From Raillietiella orientalis (Eukaryota), in contig JAYWIR010000006.1 of NCBI GenBank assembly GCA_036172245.1, positions 4,216,001 through 4,280,000 of the forward strand: a stretch of DNA of 64,000 nucleotides, read 5' to 3'. Each line of letters opens with the position of its first letter. Position 1 is the first letter of the stretch. The notes beneath the pieces were generated by a model. It was not told the origin of the DNA. It did no database searches and saw nothing but the letters and a program-made list of their open reading frames with translations. The position numbers and the translations under genes were made by a program. Of this stretch, positions 36,995 to 48,218 are shown piece after piece.

Positions 36995-38888
36995 AAGATT
37001 CGGGCTCCAGCCAGGCTGGCTTTTGCCCTTAGATGATGAAGAACTTGGTGATAGTGAGGGAGCCAGAAATCGGATGCCCCGCCTACTGGCCGTGATTGTG
37101 GGTCAACCTTCCAGGGTCCTTCCGGGACAGCTCGAGGGGCAGGTTTCCTCCAGTTGTGAAAATGGAGCAGCGTACCATGGAACTGCTAGATGACTCCCTC
37201 GGGGAGTTGCCTCTCCAGAGTGAAGGAAGCGCGCTGCTCCCTTCGGGAAAAGCCCTTCAGGGTTCTCTTCAGAGGAGCATCAACAAGGAGCGGTCTCGGA
37301 GAAGTGACTTCTCCAGGGGGTCCCTCCGGAGAGAACAAGCAAGGGGCAGTTCCCTTCTTGGTTCCCCTACCAGGCGTAAGAGGGACGGACGCCTTCCCCC
37401 GGAGCCTTCCTGGATCCATAGGGTGGTCCCTCCGGGATCATTCCTAGCTGGAAAGAGCTGGGCTCCGCGTCGCGAGGGTGGCCTTGGCCTCGCCCTGCTG
37501 ACTCTGGAGCACCTAGAGCTCCAGTGGAGGACATTTGTCCTAGGGGAGAAGCTTTGCAGCACGAACTGGTGCGAGCCCGCAACATACCTGGTCGAGCGAG
37601 CCACCGATTACACGGGACTGCCTTCGCTCATGACGCGGCGGTGCAGACGCAACGTGACCCGCCGCGGACTGGAGCTTCGGCGGATGGCCAAGCTGACCAG
37701 AACCAACACCTAGATTTCCTGCCAGTTCGCGAATGGTAGCGCCTGGTTGCAAGGAACCGTGTATCTGCACGTTTTGAGCCAAGAACAACGAAGCGACCCC
37801 AGAGATGCGGCAGCGACTGCTGCACCCCATCTGCAACAACCGCTCGCTGCAGGACGTCATCATGCAGCCCACCACGTATGCGTGGGCGCAAAGAACCTCC
37901 CTAGCCGCGGCACTGCCTTCCCAGTGAAATGGGAGGTCAGCTGCGAAATCCGTCAGAACACGAGGGAACTAGGTAGTTGGACCACCGACCAGCTCACGGA
38001 CGCTGCGACCCCAAGTACCCCACCGAAGGGACTATCCCTGCTGGCAATCCTACAGGAATACCTCGAGTGGCCCTCAGCGCTAAAGAACAAGCGGACCCTT
38101 CCCCTGAAGTGGCAGGATTCGGCACTTCTGGTGTTGCACTGGGGTCTCCCGTGCAATGTCCGCTGGTCTCTCTGGGAGAGCTGTGGAGCTGTGGGTCCCG
38201 ACTGCGGCAGGTGCGAAGAACGAGAATCCCAGCTCCCGCACCTGCTTGCAGCTGTGTTGCCCTCCGGCCACTGTGCTTGACGGTCCTTGGTGCAGCGACG
38301 CACAATCCCAGCGACGTGATGAAGCGCCTCTTCGTGCACGATGCCCTTTCGCATCCCCAGCAGCTCTCTTCTGCTGCCTACGTGGGATTGGGGCGGCCTG
38401 GAGCTACGCGAGAGGAGGATGGCGCCATCTGCTTCACCCCGCGCTTCCTGAGGATGGTAGCAAGATGGCTCCACCTGGGGCATACTCGGATGGAACTTGT
38501 CGGCCTCCTGGAAAGAATGCGGAAGACTCCCCCCAGAGGACGGAGATCTCTTTCTGCACCCCTCAGAGTTTTTTTTCTATTGATTTTCTTTTTATTTTTG
38601 TTTGCCCCTTCCCCCCCTTCGCTGCCGAGGCGAACCTCACCGTCCTGCGTGCCGCTTACTCGGCAGGTTCCGAACATTTGCGGACGATGTAGAGCCAATG
38701 ACCCTACACCTGAATGTTTGTTATTTTTTACAATAAACGCTTCGGTGTGACCGGGTGATCAACCTAACGGGAAGAGTCAAGCGCACCCTCGAGTGGTGTG
38801 GACGGTGCTTCAAGAGCTTTGTGAGCACTCCCTGAGGAGGCGGACGGGTCTTCAGCACTCCTTGAGGACCAGAAAGAAAAAAAAAAAA
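36995..38888 (+). mobile_element. SINE-like element (head not recognised) interrupted by a Tx1-like insertion (37458-38762); A-tail at 38877-38888
   Basis: The body 37000-37457 aligns with 52050-52610. After the insertion, 38763-38876 aligns with 52597-52700 (GAAGAGT...GCGCACCCTCG...CTTTGTGA...GGGTCYTCAGCACT), then poly(A). Confidence 0.72.
37458..38762 (+). mobile_element. 5'-truncated L1/Tx1-like element with a degenerate TSD
   Basis: WAPRREGGLGLALL, WTTDQLTDAATPSTPP, LPLKWQDSALLVLHWGLPCN, CGRCEERESQLPHLL; end AATAAACGCTTCGGTGTGACCGGGTGATCAA. Flanked by cctagctggaaagag (37443-37457) and cctaacgggaagag (38763-38776). Confidence 0.85.
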
Positions 38889-40219
38889 GGGAAACCTGAA
38901 TGGGAAGCAGCGAAGTGGAAGAACCCCAAAGGATTTCCACCATCCTTTTGGGTTCTTCCGTTTATCCCATTTATATTAAAGCTGAAGGGTTGAGGGGCCT
39001 CGGGCAACGCGGGCTTGTTCCTGAGATGTCCAGCTACTCCGCGCTCTCGTCCGTGCTCTCGCGAAAATTCTGAAGCGCGCGCGCAGGCTGCGGAAGCCGG
39101 GAAAGCACTCGCCAAGGCTCGCACGGTCAGTAGGAAGGAGCGAGCGGGTCCTGGAGATCTTTGCTGCCCTTCTCCGCGACTCTCCCGGGTGCCTTCAAGA
39201 GTCCAAGAGTCCTGCTCCCCACCTCCATAAGATCCTTCGTGCCAAGAGTGCGGGCGCGAGAGGGAAGGCGCGCTCCGAAAGTGCTCCCTACTTGCGCGTG
39301 CCTCGCGCACTCCTCCGCTGGCGCTCTGTGCCCTTCCGGGACTCCAGCTCGCGAGCGACCTCCGAGACGCTGTGGGTCCCTTTCCCCGGGACCAGGGGGG
39401 AGCGCCGAAGCCCCTCGCAAGAGTACTTTTCGCACCGCCGAAAGCCGCGGAAGTCTCCCGTGGAAACTCTCGCACGCCATGCAGAAGGAGGACACGAGCG
39501 CGCGCGTACCAAAAAGCGTCCGCGAAGCACGAAGGCTCGCGCCTCGGCGACGGGCCGTCGAGCCCACATGGTTACGGACGGCCGCTTCTAAAGATACGGT
39601 CGAAAGCGAAATCTCTCCCCCTCCCCCCTCCCGTCACCCGCCCGGTTTCGGCGCTGGCAACGAGAGGGGTCGCCACGGTGCAAGCGCCGTCGAGGTTTGC
39701 TACCCACTGCCTGTCCACCCTGCCCTGTCCTGCCAGCTCTCCAGGGCCGCGCTTCCCAGCCGAGACAGCCTCACAGGTATCCGAGCGCGTAAAGAATTTA
39801 AGAAATCGTCCAAAGGCCCGGTTCGCGGTAATGGGCCACTTACGTCACGCATCAACAAATTCGATCGCTCGCAAGGAGAAGTCCAATTTGGGCCTATATT
39901 AGATCAAAGCGGGCTGGACGGTTCGTTAGAAAGGTTCGATGAGTGACGTGCCCGAGTACATGGCTGGTTCCTCCAGGCGTCGGTCCGGCAGGCGCGGTTG
40001 CAGTTCGCCTGGGATGTTCTTCCATGTAAGTGGGCGGATTGTTCTTCCGGCTTTCCTAACGGAAGCAGAGGGGTTCTTTTTTTTTCCTCTCTCTCTTTCC
40101 CCTCCCTTCCCTCCCTCTCCCCCGCGGAACGAATTCCCCGCTCGCTCGTTGATGTGCGCGGTTCTCGGTCGCGCGCGCGTCGGCGTCGGCGGCGACACGC
40201 GAGCAAACCCGAAAACAAA

Positions 40220-40259
40220 CAGCAGCAGCAGAAGAAGAAGAAGAAGAAGAAGCAGCAGC
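40220..40259. repeat. Compound (CAG)n/(AAG)n microsatellite
   Basis: cagcagcagcagaagaagaagaagaagaagaagcagcagc. Confidence 0.85.
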
Positions 40260-43200
40260 CACGGGCAGAGGAAGAGAAACGACGACCGATAGGGTTTAGC
40301 CGGCCGGCAGCCAGCCCAACCTTCGACCGGTGCGCCCACGTTCGGAACAGAGTCGTTCGGAAGAAGCACCTCGGTCACTGAAAGGCTCTTCCTGATCTCG
40401 CGAGCACCCCTGACCCCGTCCGGTGACCGGGTCCGGTGACTGGCGTGGTCGATTCGCAGGCCGGGCGGCCGTCCGCATGAAACGAGTGTTCGCGTGGCTT
40501 TTTTTCCCCCCCGCAGCCAAGCTCGCGTTTCACGCCCGTGCCTTCAGGTTGCCACGGGAGACGACCCCAGACGAAGGGCTGAGTACAGCAGTGGCCAGTA
40601 CAGGTGTTCTCGTTTCGCTCTGCATTTTTTCGCGTGTGTTTTCGTTTCTACGGAAGAAACAGCCGCCACCCCTTGGTGTTTCCGGCAGATTTTACGCAGA
40701 AGCAGTTTGAAACACAGTGAGATTGTCCACATGAAATGACCCGGCCCTGAGGGTGACATCGCCACATCTATGCCATTTGATTTCCCGATGCAGAAAACGT
40801 TCGTTTGCATCGCTGACGGGACTCTTGAAGATTCATTTTACTGCAAAATATACGTGTGTACATGCAAGTATACATTTTTCATTGGAATGTAAATGCAACT
40901 TCTTCGTTTATGTGTATGGAAATGTGAACACCAATATGTGTGTGTGTGTGTGTGTGCATTTGTGGGAGGCACGGGGGGAGTGGTTTCCCCAGATCATCCC
41001 TGGGTGGCTGTCCAGAATCAAGCGGATCTTGAATGTGTGTTTGTGTCTGTTAGTTTTTACCTCCAGTTGTTCCGGGAAACACAGGCGCGGAATCTCCCTT
41101 GGAAACACGCGCTCCTCCTCTCATTTCTTCGGTGGTCTTGGACACCCGAAACCGTTCCTCTGTCCCCTGGAAGGAGACGTTCGCGATCGGACGTCGCGGA
41201 AGGCGCACTTTCCGTCCGATCGCTGGCGCCTCCCCTCCCCCTTTGCCGTCGTCAGCGATGGCGGGTGGCGCGCGCTGCTGGAGGATCGAGCCCTCGCGAC
41301 GGCGGCGCCCGTGGCCTATCTGGACCCACGGCGTATTGGTTTACTCCGCGGCCCTCGCGAAATTGCGGCAGCGCCTCGATTCTCACTCGGGGCGTTTCTT
41401 TTCACCTCCCGGCTGCGCTTGCGCCCGCGCTGTTTTCTCCGTGAGCTCTCGCGTGAGCCGCGCGGCCGGACCGAGTACCGTCCACCACCGCTTCGCGCGC
41501 CATCCCAAAGTTAAAAGCCGTTACGCTGGAGGCTTGGCAGAGCAAGTGGAAAAACGGAACCGGCTGCTGTGCGGGACTCGATGGCTCGTAACGTTCCGTC
41601 GCCGTGAGCCGACGTGTGGCCTTTCGCTCCCCCGATGGTGTGCCCGCAGGTCCGAACTTGCACGCGCTCGTCCCCGAACAGCACTGGCGTGGTCCTTCCA
41701 CCACGGTGAGTACGGCTGCTGCCTGTCGCACGCGCGCGCATCGCCCGGGTGGATCGCGGCGGCGGATCCGGGAGTGCACACGCATCCCTGCTTGGAAAGT
41801 CTTCCGGTCCCAAGCGTTCCTGGCCGACGTGAGGAGAAGGGGTCGCGCGCGCCAGGAACCCTCCCGGCAGCTGGTCGGCGGCTGCGAGTCGAAGTGGTGC
41901 GTCCCTCTTGCGCTTCCCCGGAGCGCCCCCGCACTGGACGCTCCCGGGGAGCAGCAGCAGCAAGCACGCGCTCTTCCTGCTGCGGTTTCCGGAGCCGTTC
42001 GTGGACATCCGGGCCAGTCAGCTGCCCCCCTGCTCGGCCGATTCATCATCCGAATCCATTCTCGAATGTCGCGCGTGCCTCCGTGCAGGACGCCCCTGCT
42101 TCCCGCGCCGCCATGTCACCTCCGAGCGCAGGCTCCCTGTGGAACCCAGAGGGTGGTGCCCTGCTGCACCGCACGCCAGGGCCGATCGCCGATCCAGCAC
42201 ACCGCCCACACCCGAGCCGGCCCGGCATTCCCCAGGAGGAGGCAGTGGCGCACTCTGCTTGGAAAACCCCTTCCGCTCCATCCGTGGCTCGCGACTGCGG
42301 GCACCAGCGGTGCTTGAGCGGGCGGGGCAAAGGGCAGGGCAGCTCTATGCATGAGATGCAAGGTGGAGGGGAGGGCGCTCCTGTTCGCCTGGAACGCGTT
42401 CCTGTGATTGGTCAGAACCTCTGGCGTCGCGCATCACCCATCCCACCGTCCTTGCCCCGCATGGAGGGGGAAGATTTGCGGGACGGCCTCCTCCTTGGAA
42501 GCGGAATCCTAACGGCGCCAGAACTCTTCTCCTGGTGGTCCTGGCAACCTGACGAGGTGGTGGGTCCGCCAGATCGAGCGGAAGGCCTTCGTCTTCAGGG
42601 GCGTGACGCGGCGGCGCAACAGGAGAGGAATCCTGGGTGGCGCAGGCGCAAGATGCTTCTTTTCTCGGACAAGCTCCTCCACCCCTTAGACTTCGAACGG
42701 AGGTCCCGGGTCACAAAGCGTCCTCCCCAGCTCTCTCAGGACGCGCTACGCACGCGTCTTGGCCGCAGAAAGCGCGGGTCGCCCGTGTGCCCCAGGGAAA
42801 AAGGAACGATGGGGTGGAGGAAAGAACAGCCGCGGTGAGGAAGCAGTGGCGCTTTGCAGGAGGTTCCCTATCTCTTTGGGTCCACCGGGAAGCCAGTTTC
42901 CTTTCCAGTCACGCGGGCGACTCGCGCGCGCTTCGACCCCAGACGCGCGTGGTGCCCCGCAAGCTCGTGGAGGCGCGGGGGAGCGGGGTTGCAATTCCTC
43001 CCTTCGGAGCGGAGCGGTGCTCCGGGACCAGAAGACCTTCCCCTGCCTTCCGGCAACTCCGGTTTCCCGAGAGCTTCCTCCCGCTTACCACCGCGTCACC
43101 AGGAAGTCCACCAGGCGCTTCCGCCGCCGACCGGAAGCCAGCAACTGCTTGCCGGCTTCCGGGGTCCGCTGCCTTTTCCCTTACTGATCCGCCCGCCGGC

Positions 43201-46200
43201 GCCGTGGTCATTTTCCCCCTGCACTGGGGAGACTACGATCCCCCCCCTCCCCCTCAGAGTTCTCGGGACCGCACTCCTCCTCCCCTGCCCCTCCCCTTCG
43301 TCGAACTGGCGGCGCAGACCGCGCGCAACCCTCACCACCCCCAACGGTGGGTGTGAGCCACCCTCTCCTGGTTCTCCAGAAGACCTGGTTCTGTTCCTCG
43401 GGGCGCTCGACTGCACGCAGCCCGGTTCGGAGGCCTCCCAAAGACTGACGCGCGGTCTGCGGTGGCGAGAAGGGGGGAAGCCTCTGGTGGGAGGGACTCA
43501 ACCCAAGCAACTTTTACCGGAATTCCTAGCGGCCCCCTCCTCGCCGGCACACTTTCGGTCGAAAGTCGCGCGGCCGCAGCTGTGTATGTGGAGCAGCGTG
43601 CTCTTCGGCCAGCAGCGGGAGGGAATGTCTCACCAGCCGGCGGAGCCGAGAGGCGGCGGCCGACTGCGCAGGCCCGCGGCCTCCCTCACCGACAGCGGCA
43701 GCAATGGCAGCCAGCGGAACGCCAAGTGGGGAACAGCACGCTCTCCCTCCTCGGTCCCCCGGGGTCGAAACCGCACTTGTTCTGTCCCAAAGTTCGGAGA
43801 CGCCGGACTGCGCCCCACCACCGACCGCGTGCTTGTGTGGGGGTCACCTTCGCACCCCGCCCGCCGTCTTGCTCCCCGAGGCACATCGGTCGACTTCCGT
43901 CCCTCGGGCGGCCACGGGCTGCTCGCGCGCGTCCCCCCCACGTACGGAGGCTTTCCGGTCCCCAAGGATTGCCGGCCGGGCCGGGGAAGGCGAGCGGGCG
44001 CAGCCTCCGGTGGGAAGGGATGCCTCCTCCGGACCGCAGCGCACCGTCCCAGCGGCGTGCTGAAGCCCTCGGGTGCCGGCAGGTTCTCTCGAAAACGGCC
44101 GAGCGGTGTGCCACCTGCAGGGCCGCGCAGGAGGCGGCGAGCCCTGCCACAGTCAACTTCTACGTCAAAGGGAAAAGGGAAAGCAGCGTGGAGGCAGCGT
44201 TCTGGAAGCCGTACCGCCAGAGGTAGTTCGAACCGCCGCCTGTCCACGGTCGATGGCGCGCCCCGGCCTTCTCGCACTCGACCGGCGTCCGCTGACTGTG
44301 GGAACGCTTTCCCGGTTTCCCGCTCCGTCTGGCGTGCCTCTGTGCTTGGCCTCCCGCTTCCTTCTCCAGCTTTTCTCCTGTCGTAATGCGCCGCTTTCTG
44401 GCGCTGCCGCGCGCGCCGTTCGTCGCTCAGCTCACGGTTGTGTCGCCCGGCGGAAAGTGCGACCCCGTGGCAAGAGAGCTCAGGGCACGACCGGAAGATG
44501 CGGTCCAGCAGGGCTGCTTGATCAGGGAGGGAGAGCAGCTTCCGATGATGCTAGTCGATGCGAGTGCTCTCGGGCGTGACACTAACCGAAAAATTTACAG
44601 AGCAGAAAAACGAAAAAAGGAAAAAAAAAAAAAAAAATCTCGAATTGTGAAGGATGCAGTGAGAGAACGTTGCTTGCCTTTTTTCTTTTTCTTTTTTGGA
44701 GTTTGCGTGCTTTTTCCAGACACTCTGAAGGCTGGCGGGGGAAGGGGAGCAGAGTGGCGATATCCAGAGAGCGTGTAGTAACCAGGGAATTCCAGAGAGG
44801 TTCGGCGCTGCAGACGACGAAGACGAAGGAGGGAGGGGGGAGGAAAAAAAATAAATAAAAAACTCCGTGCTCTTCGAGGATGAGCGAGGGGATGGTTCGG
44901 GACGGAACATCCGGTTGCCGGGAGACGAGCGCGGTAGACGCGCACGCTGCTAGGCGAAGACTCTAAACGGACCGGAAAAGCAAATGGCGGCGTGAAGCGG
45001 AAGGGGAATGTAGGTTAATCTGGAGGAAGAGGGGGAAAAAAATACATACATTGCATATATGTATATAGATTTCCTTTTTCCGCAGCAGAAACGGGATTCC
45101 GCTCGGTAGGAGCTGATCTTGTTTCTGTGCATCACTAACAACTCTCGCCGCGCCCTCGTAAATCCAGGAGCGAAAACCCTGAGGGCACTTTCGCACGAGC
45201 CGCGCATCGCCACGCGACTTTCGCCGGGTCCCGGCAGCGGCAGCGGAAACACCGCAACAATGGGAGGGAGGAAGCCAATAGCCGTCGCGCGCGCCAAGAG
45301 GTCGCCGCGGAGGCGCCGGTGTGAGCCACCGGGCTGTGAGGTCGGGCTTTGTTCGTTTCGCCCCCGTGACCCCTGTGCCGACCGGGGAACACTGCCACTG
45401 ACGGTCGGGTATGCGACACCGTGCGCTACGCCCGGGGGACGAGGGGGGGGGGGGGTTCGTTCCCGCAAAGGGAAGGGACGGTGCTCCGTCGCGGATGCTT
45501 TGCTCCCAGGAGGAAGCTGAACCTTCCAAGAAAGGTCGTCGCCGTGCAGAGGACGGCTGTCGGCCTCCCCTCCTTGACCCCTTCGCCGGTTGCCGAGGGA
45601 CGTGCGCGTCTCCCTGAGGGAGTGTCTGACCTCTGTTCTGGCTCGTTCCAGGATGATGATGGTAGCAGCTTGGCGTCTCGTATGAACTCGTCGTCATGTT
45701 GAGCAAAGAGCACCTGAGAAGTTTCTTCGTCATCTGGGTCTCGTGCCAGATAGGTAAGCAGCAGCAGCCTTCCGTCTGCTTGCGTGGCCGCTGCGAGCGC
45801 GGCAGTCGGAGGCAGACCTCCCCTCTGAGGGAAGTGGAGCTTTCCCCCCCTGCCGCGCAGGAAGTCCGGGACTCCCCCCGGGGCGTGCGGTCGAAGGCGT
45901 CTCGGAAGGAGGGGGGAGGAGGGCAGGATACTGGAGTCTTCCTGCTAGCTGCCCTGCGGACTGGATGTCCTGCGCTTGCCCGGTGCGCCATCGATGCGAA
46001 GCGATGGACGGCAGCTGCCTCGCTGTGCCTAAGGGAGAGCTCCGGAGGATCGCTGGAGCCGTGCAAAGGCAGCTGGGGAGGCGCCAGCCAGAACCAGTCG
46101 TCCTGGATGGCGCATCGGATGGAGGCACGACGGAGCTGGCGGTGCAAGCTCCGTCGTGCTCCCCGCATCGGATGCACTGACCTCCCCGGCCCGCAGGCGC

Positions 46201-48218
46201 GCGGGCAGCGCAGTTCGCAGCTCGTGACCACGCGCCGTCTGCGCGTCGCCGAGTCCAAGCCGGCGCGGAGAAGATCGCTGGGGTCATCGAGGCGGTCGCG
46301 GGGAGGAGCGCTAACCGCGGGAATCTTCAACGGCCTGCGCGCCCTCGCGGTGACCGGGATGTCCAGCCGGTGGCGGAGGAAGAGGATCGTGCCGAGTTGC
46401 GCGTCCGCGGGACTGGGAAGATGGGGCGGGGTCGCCTCTCCTGTGCTCCCCGAAAGCTACCCTTCCCGGGAACGTCGCTTACTCCTCCTCCGAGGGGAAA
46501 TTCCCCGCCTCCCTCAGTGAGCGGCTCCGCTTCCGGCTCCCCGAGGTTTGTCCTCCATGGGCAGGGGCTCCCGGGGAGTCGGCTGATCCATGGCCCCCGT
46601 CGAGGAGCTCGCTTCCCGGTCCACAGTCGTCTCTCCCTGCGGCGTCCGGTCGCTTACGGGCTCCGTCGCGGGACGCGCCGGATGAAGGCCGGGCCGGCTA
46701 GCTAAGAGTCGAACCCGCGGCAGGTTGGCCTCTCAGCGTTTGGAATCACCCCGGAGGGCGTGGCGTCGTGAGGGACGCTGCCGGCTGCGCCGCCTCCCAG
46801 GACGACCCACGCACTCTTGCATACCGGTGCGCACGGCTCCACCAGTCGCCTTCGTCCTGCGGAGAGCTTCCTCTCCTCATCGCATCCCTACGCGACCACT
46901 TCCTCGCCTCCCGGTAGACCCGTCCCTCTGTTCGTTGCCCACGGCCCCGTGGACTGGGGGAGCCTCGTGGCGATCGGATCGCCTCCAATGGGATGGCCAT
47001 GGCGTCCTCGACGAGCTCCTGCGCAAGCGTGCGCACGTAAGGGGGCGTAAGCCTTCCAACCTTGACTGGGAGGGCGCCGTTCTCGGTGCTCCGGAGTGGG
47101 TCCATGACGGGACGGCCTCCGTGTTCCCACTACAGGCAGCCACTGCACCCCTGCGGGAGCGGGCTACGCATTGCCCCGGAGACGGTGGAACCTCGCGCCA
47201 GCTCGAAGGCTGCGAAGGCGCTCCTCTGCCGTCTGCACCCAGCAGCATCCGCGACCTGCCTCGCTGCTCGGGCACTTCTTCGGGGCACGCTCCCCTTCCC
47301 TCCTACCCCTCCCTAAAAGGGGAGTTCGGAACATGACCAGCACAAGTCAGTCCTTCCCTGTCGCATCTCCCTGCAGCTCCTGTTGAGCCTGCCGGCTCCT
47401 CATTCCCAAGCAAGGATTCACCGGGGGGACCACGCCTCCTCTCTCCCCTTCTGTCGCGGTGTTCTCCCTGAGCATCTCTCGCGGGACGTTTGGCAGTGTA
47501 AGTTCCGCGCACGTAAAGGGTACAGGGGCTTTTCTTCCCTCGCGAGAGCGACAGCAACGGAGTATGGTTTGATCACATCCCCGGGTCGCGCCGTCACGGA
47601 AGGACGATTGCCCACGGGCTTCGCGGAGAAACGGATGCCGCCGAGTGGCGGCGGCGACTCGAAAGAGACGGCGCCGTCAGTCTGGCCGCGGCGACGAGTA
47701 GCGGCCGCTGAAAGTCGACCTCGTTCGGAGGCAGCGCACATCGGCGGCCGCACCGAGGGTGCCACCGACGGCCCCTGCAGGCCCGGGTCTGGGAGGGAGG
47801 AGGTGGCAGCGATGGCGCAGGGTTCGAATGGGACACCGGTGATGATGACCTAGTGACCCCCGCATCCCGAAGCCCACCCCGCTCCTTCTTCGGCTCCTCC
47901 GGAACCTCCACCGCTGGGTTCACCCTCGAGAGGGGGAGGACAGCTCCGTCTTTAAGCTGAGGTCAGTTCCGTCTCCAAACTGGGGTCAGTTCTCGAAGCG
48001 GTCAGAAGCTGAGGAAAGGGCCGAACCTTCCAGCTGAACCCTTCGGGTTTGTCCGCAACGAAGGGAGCGCGACATGGGGAGAGACATGAAGAAAGGAGAG
48101 GAGGAGGAGGGGGGAGGGACGAACCGCTTCGACCTGGTGGGCCTTCGGCTCTCTGCGCTCCCTGGGGCTGCCGCCTCCGCGTCTTCTTCCGGCTGAATGA
48201 GCAGGTGGCACGTCACAC

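Noticed and set aside
34301..38776. Strict sequence-specific target site for the Tx1-like family
   Set aside because: The three TSDs (ccacttctc..., gtaatacatatacga, cctaacgggaagag) share no obvious sequence.
41099..46330. Long ORFs of 579, 510 and 455 aa (also 25577-26932, 31502-32698 and 4614-5696)
   Set aside because: Arg/Pro/Gly/Ala-rich, no recognisable domain, and overlapping ORFs in several frames; expected from the scarcity of stop codons in very GC-rich DNA.
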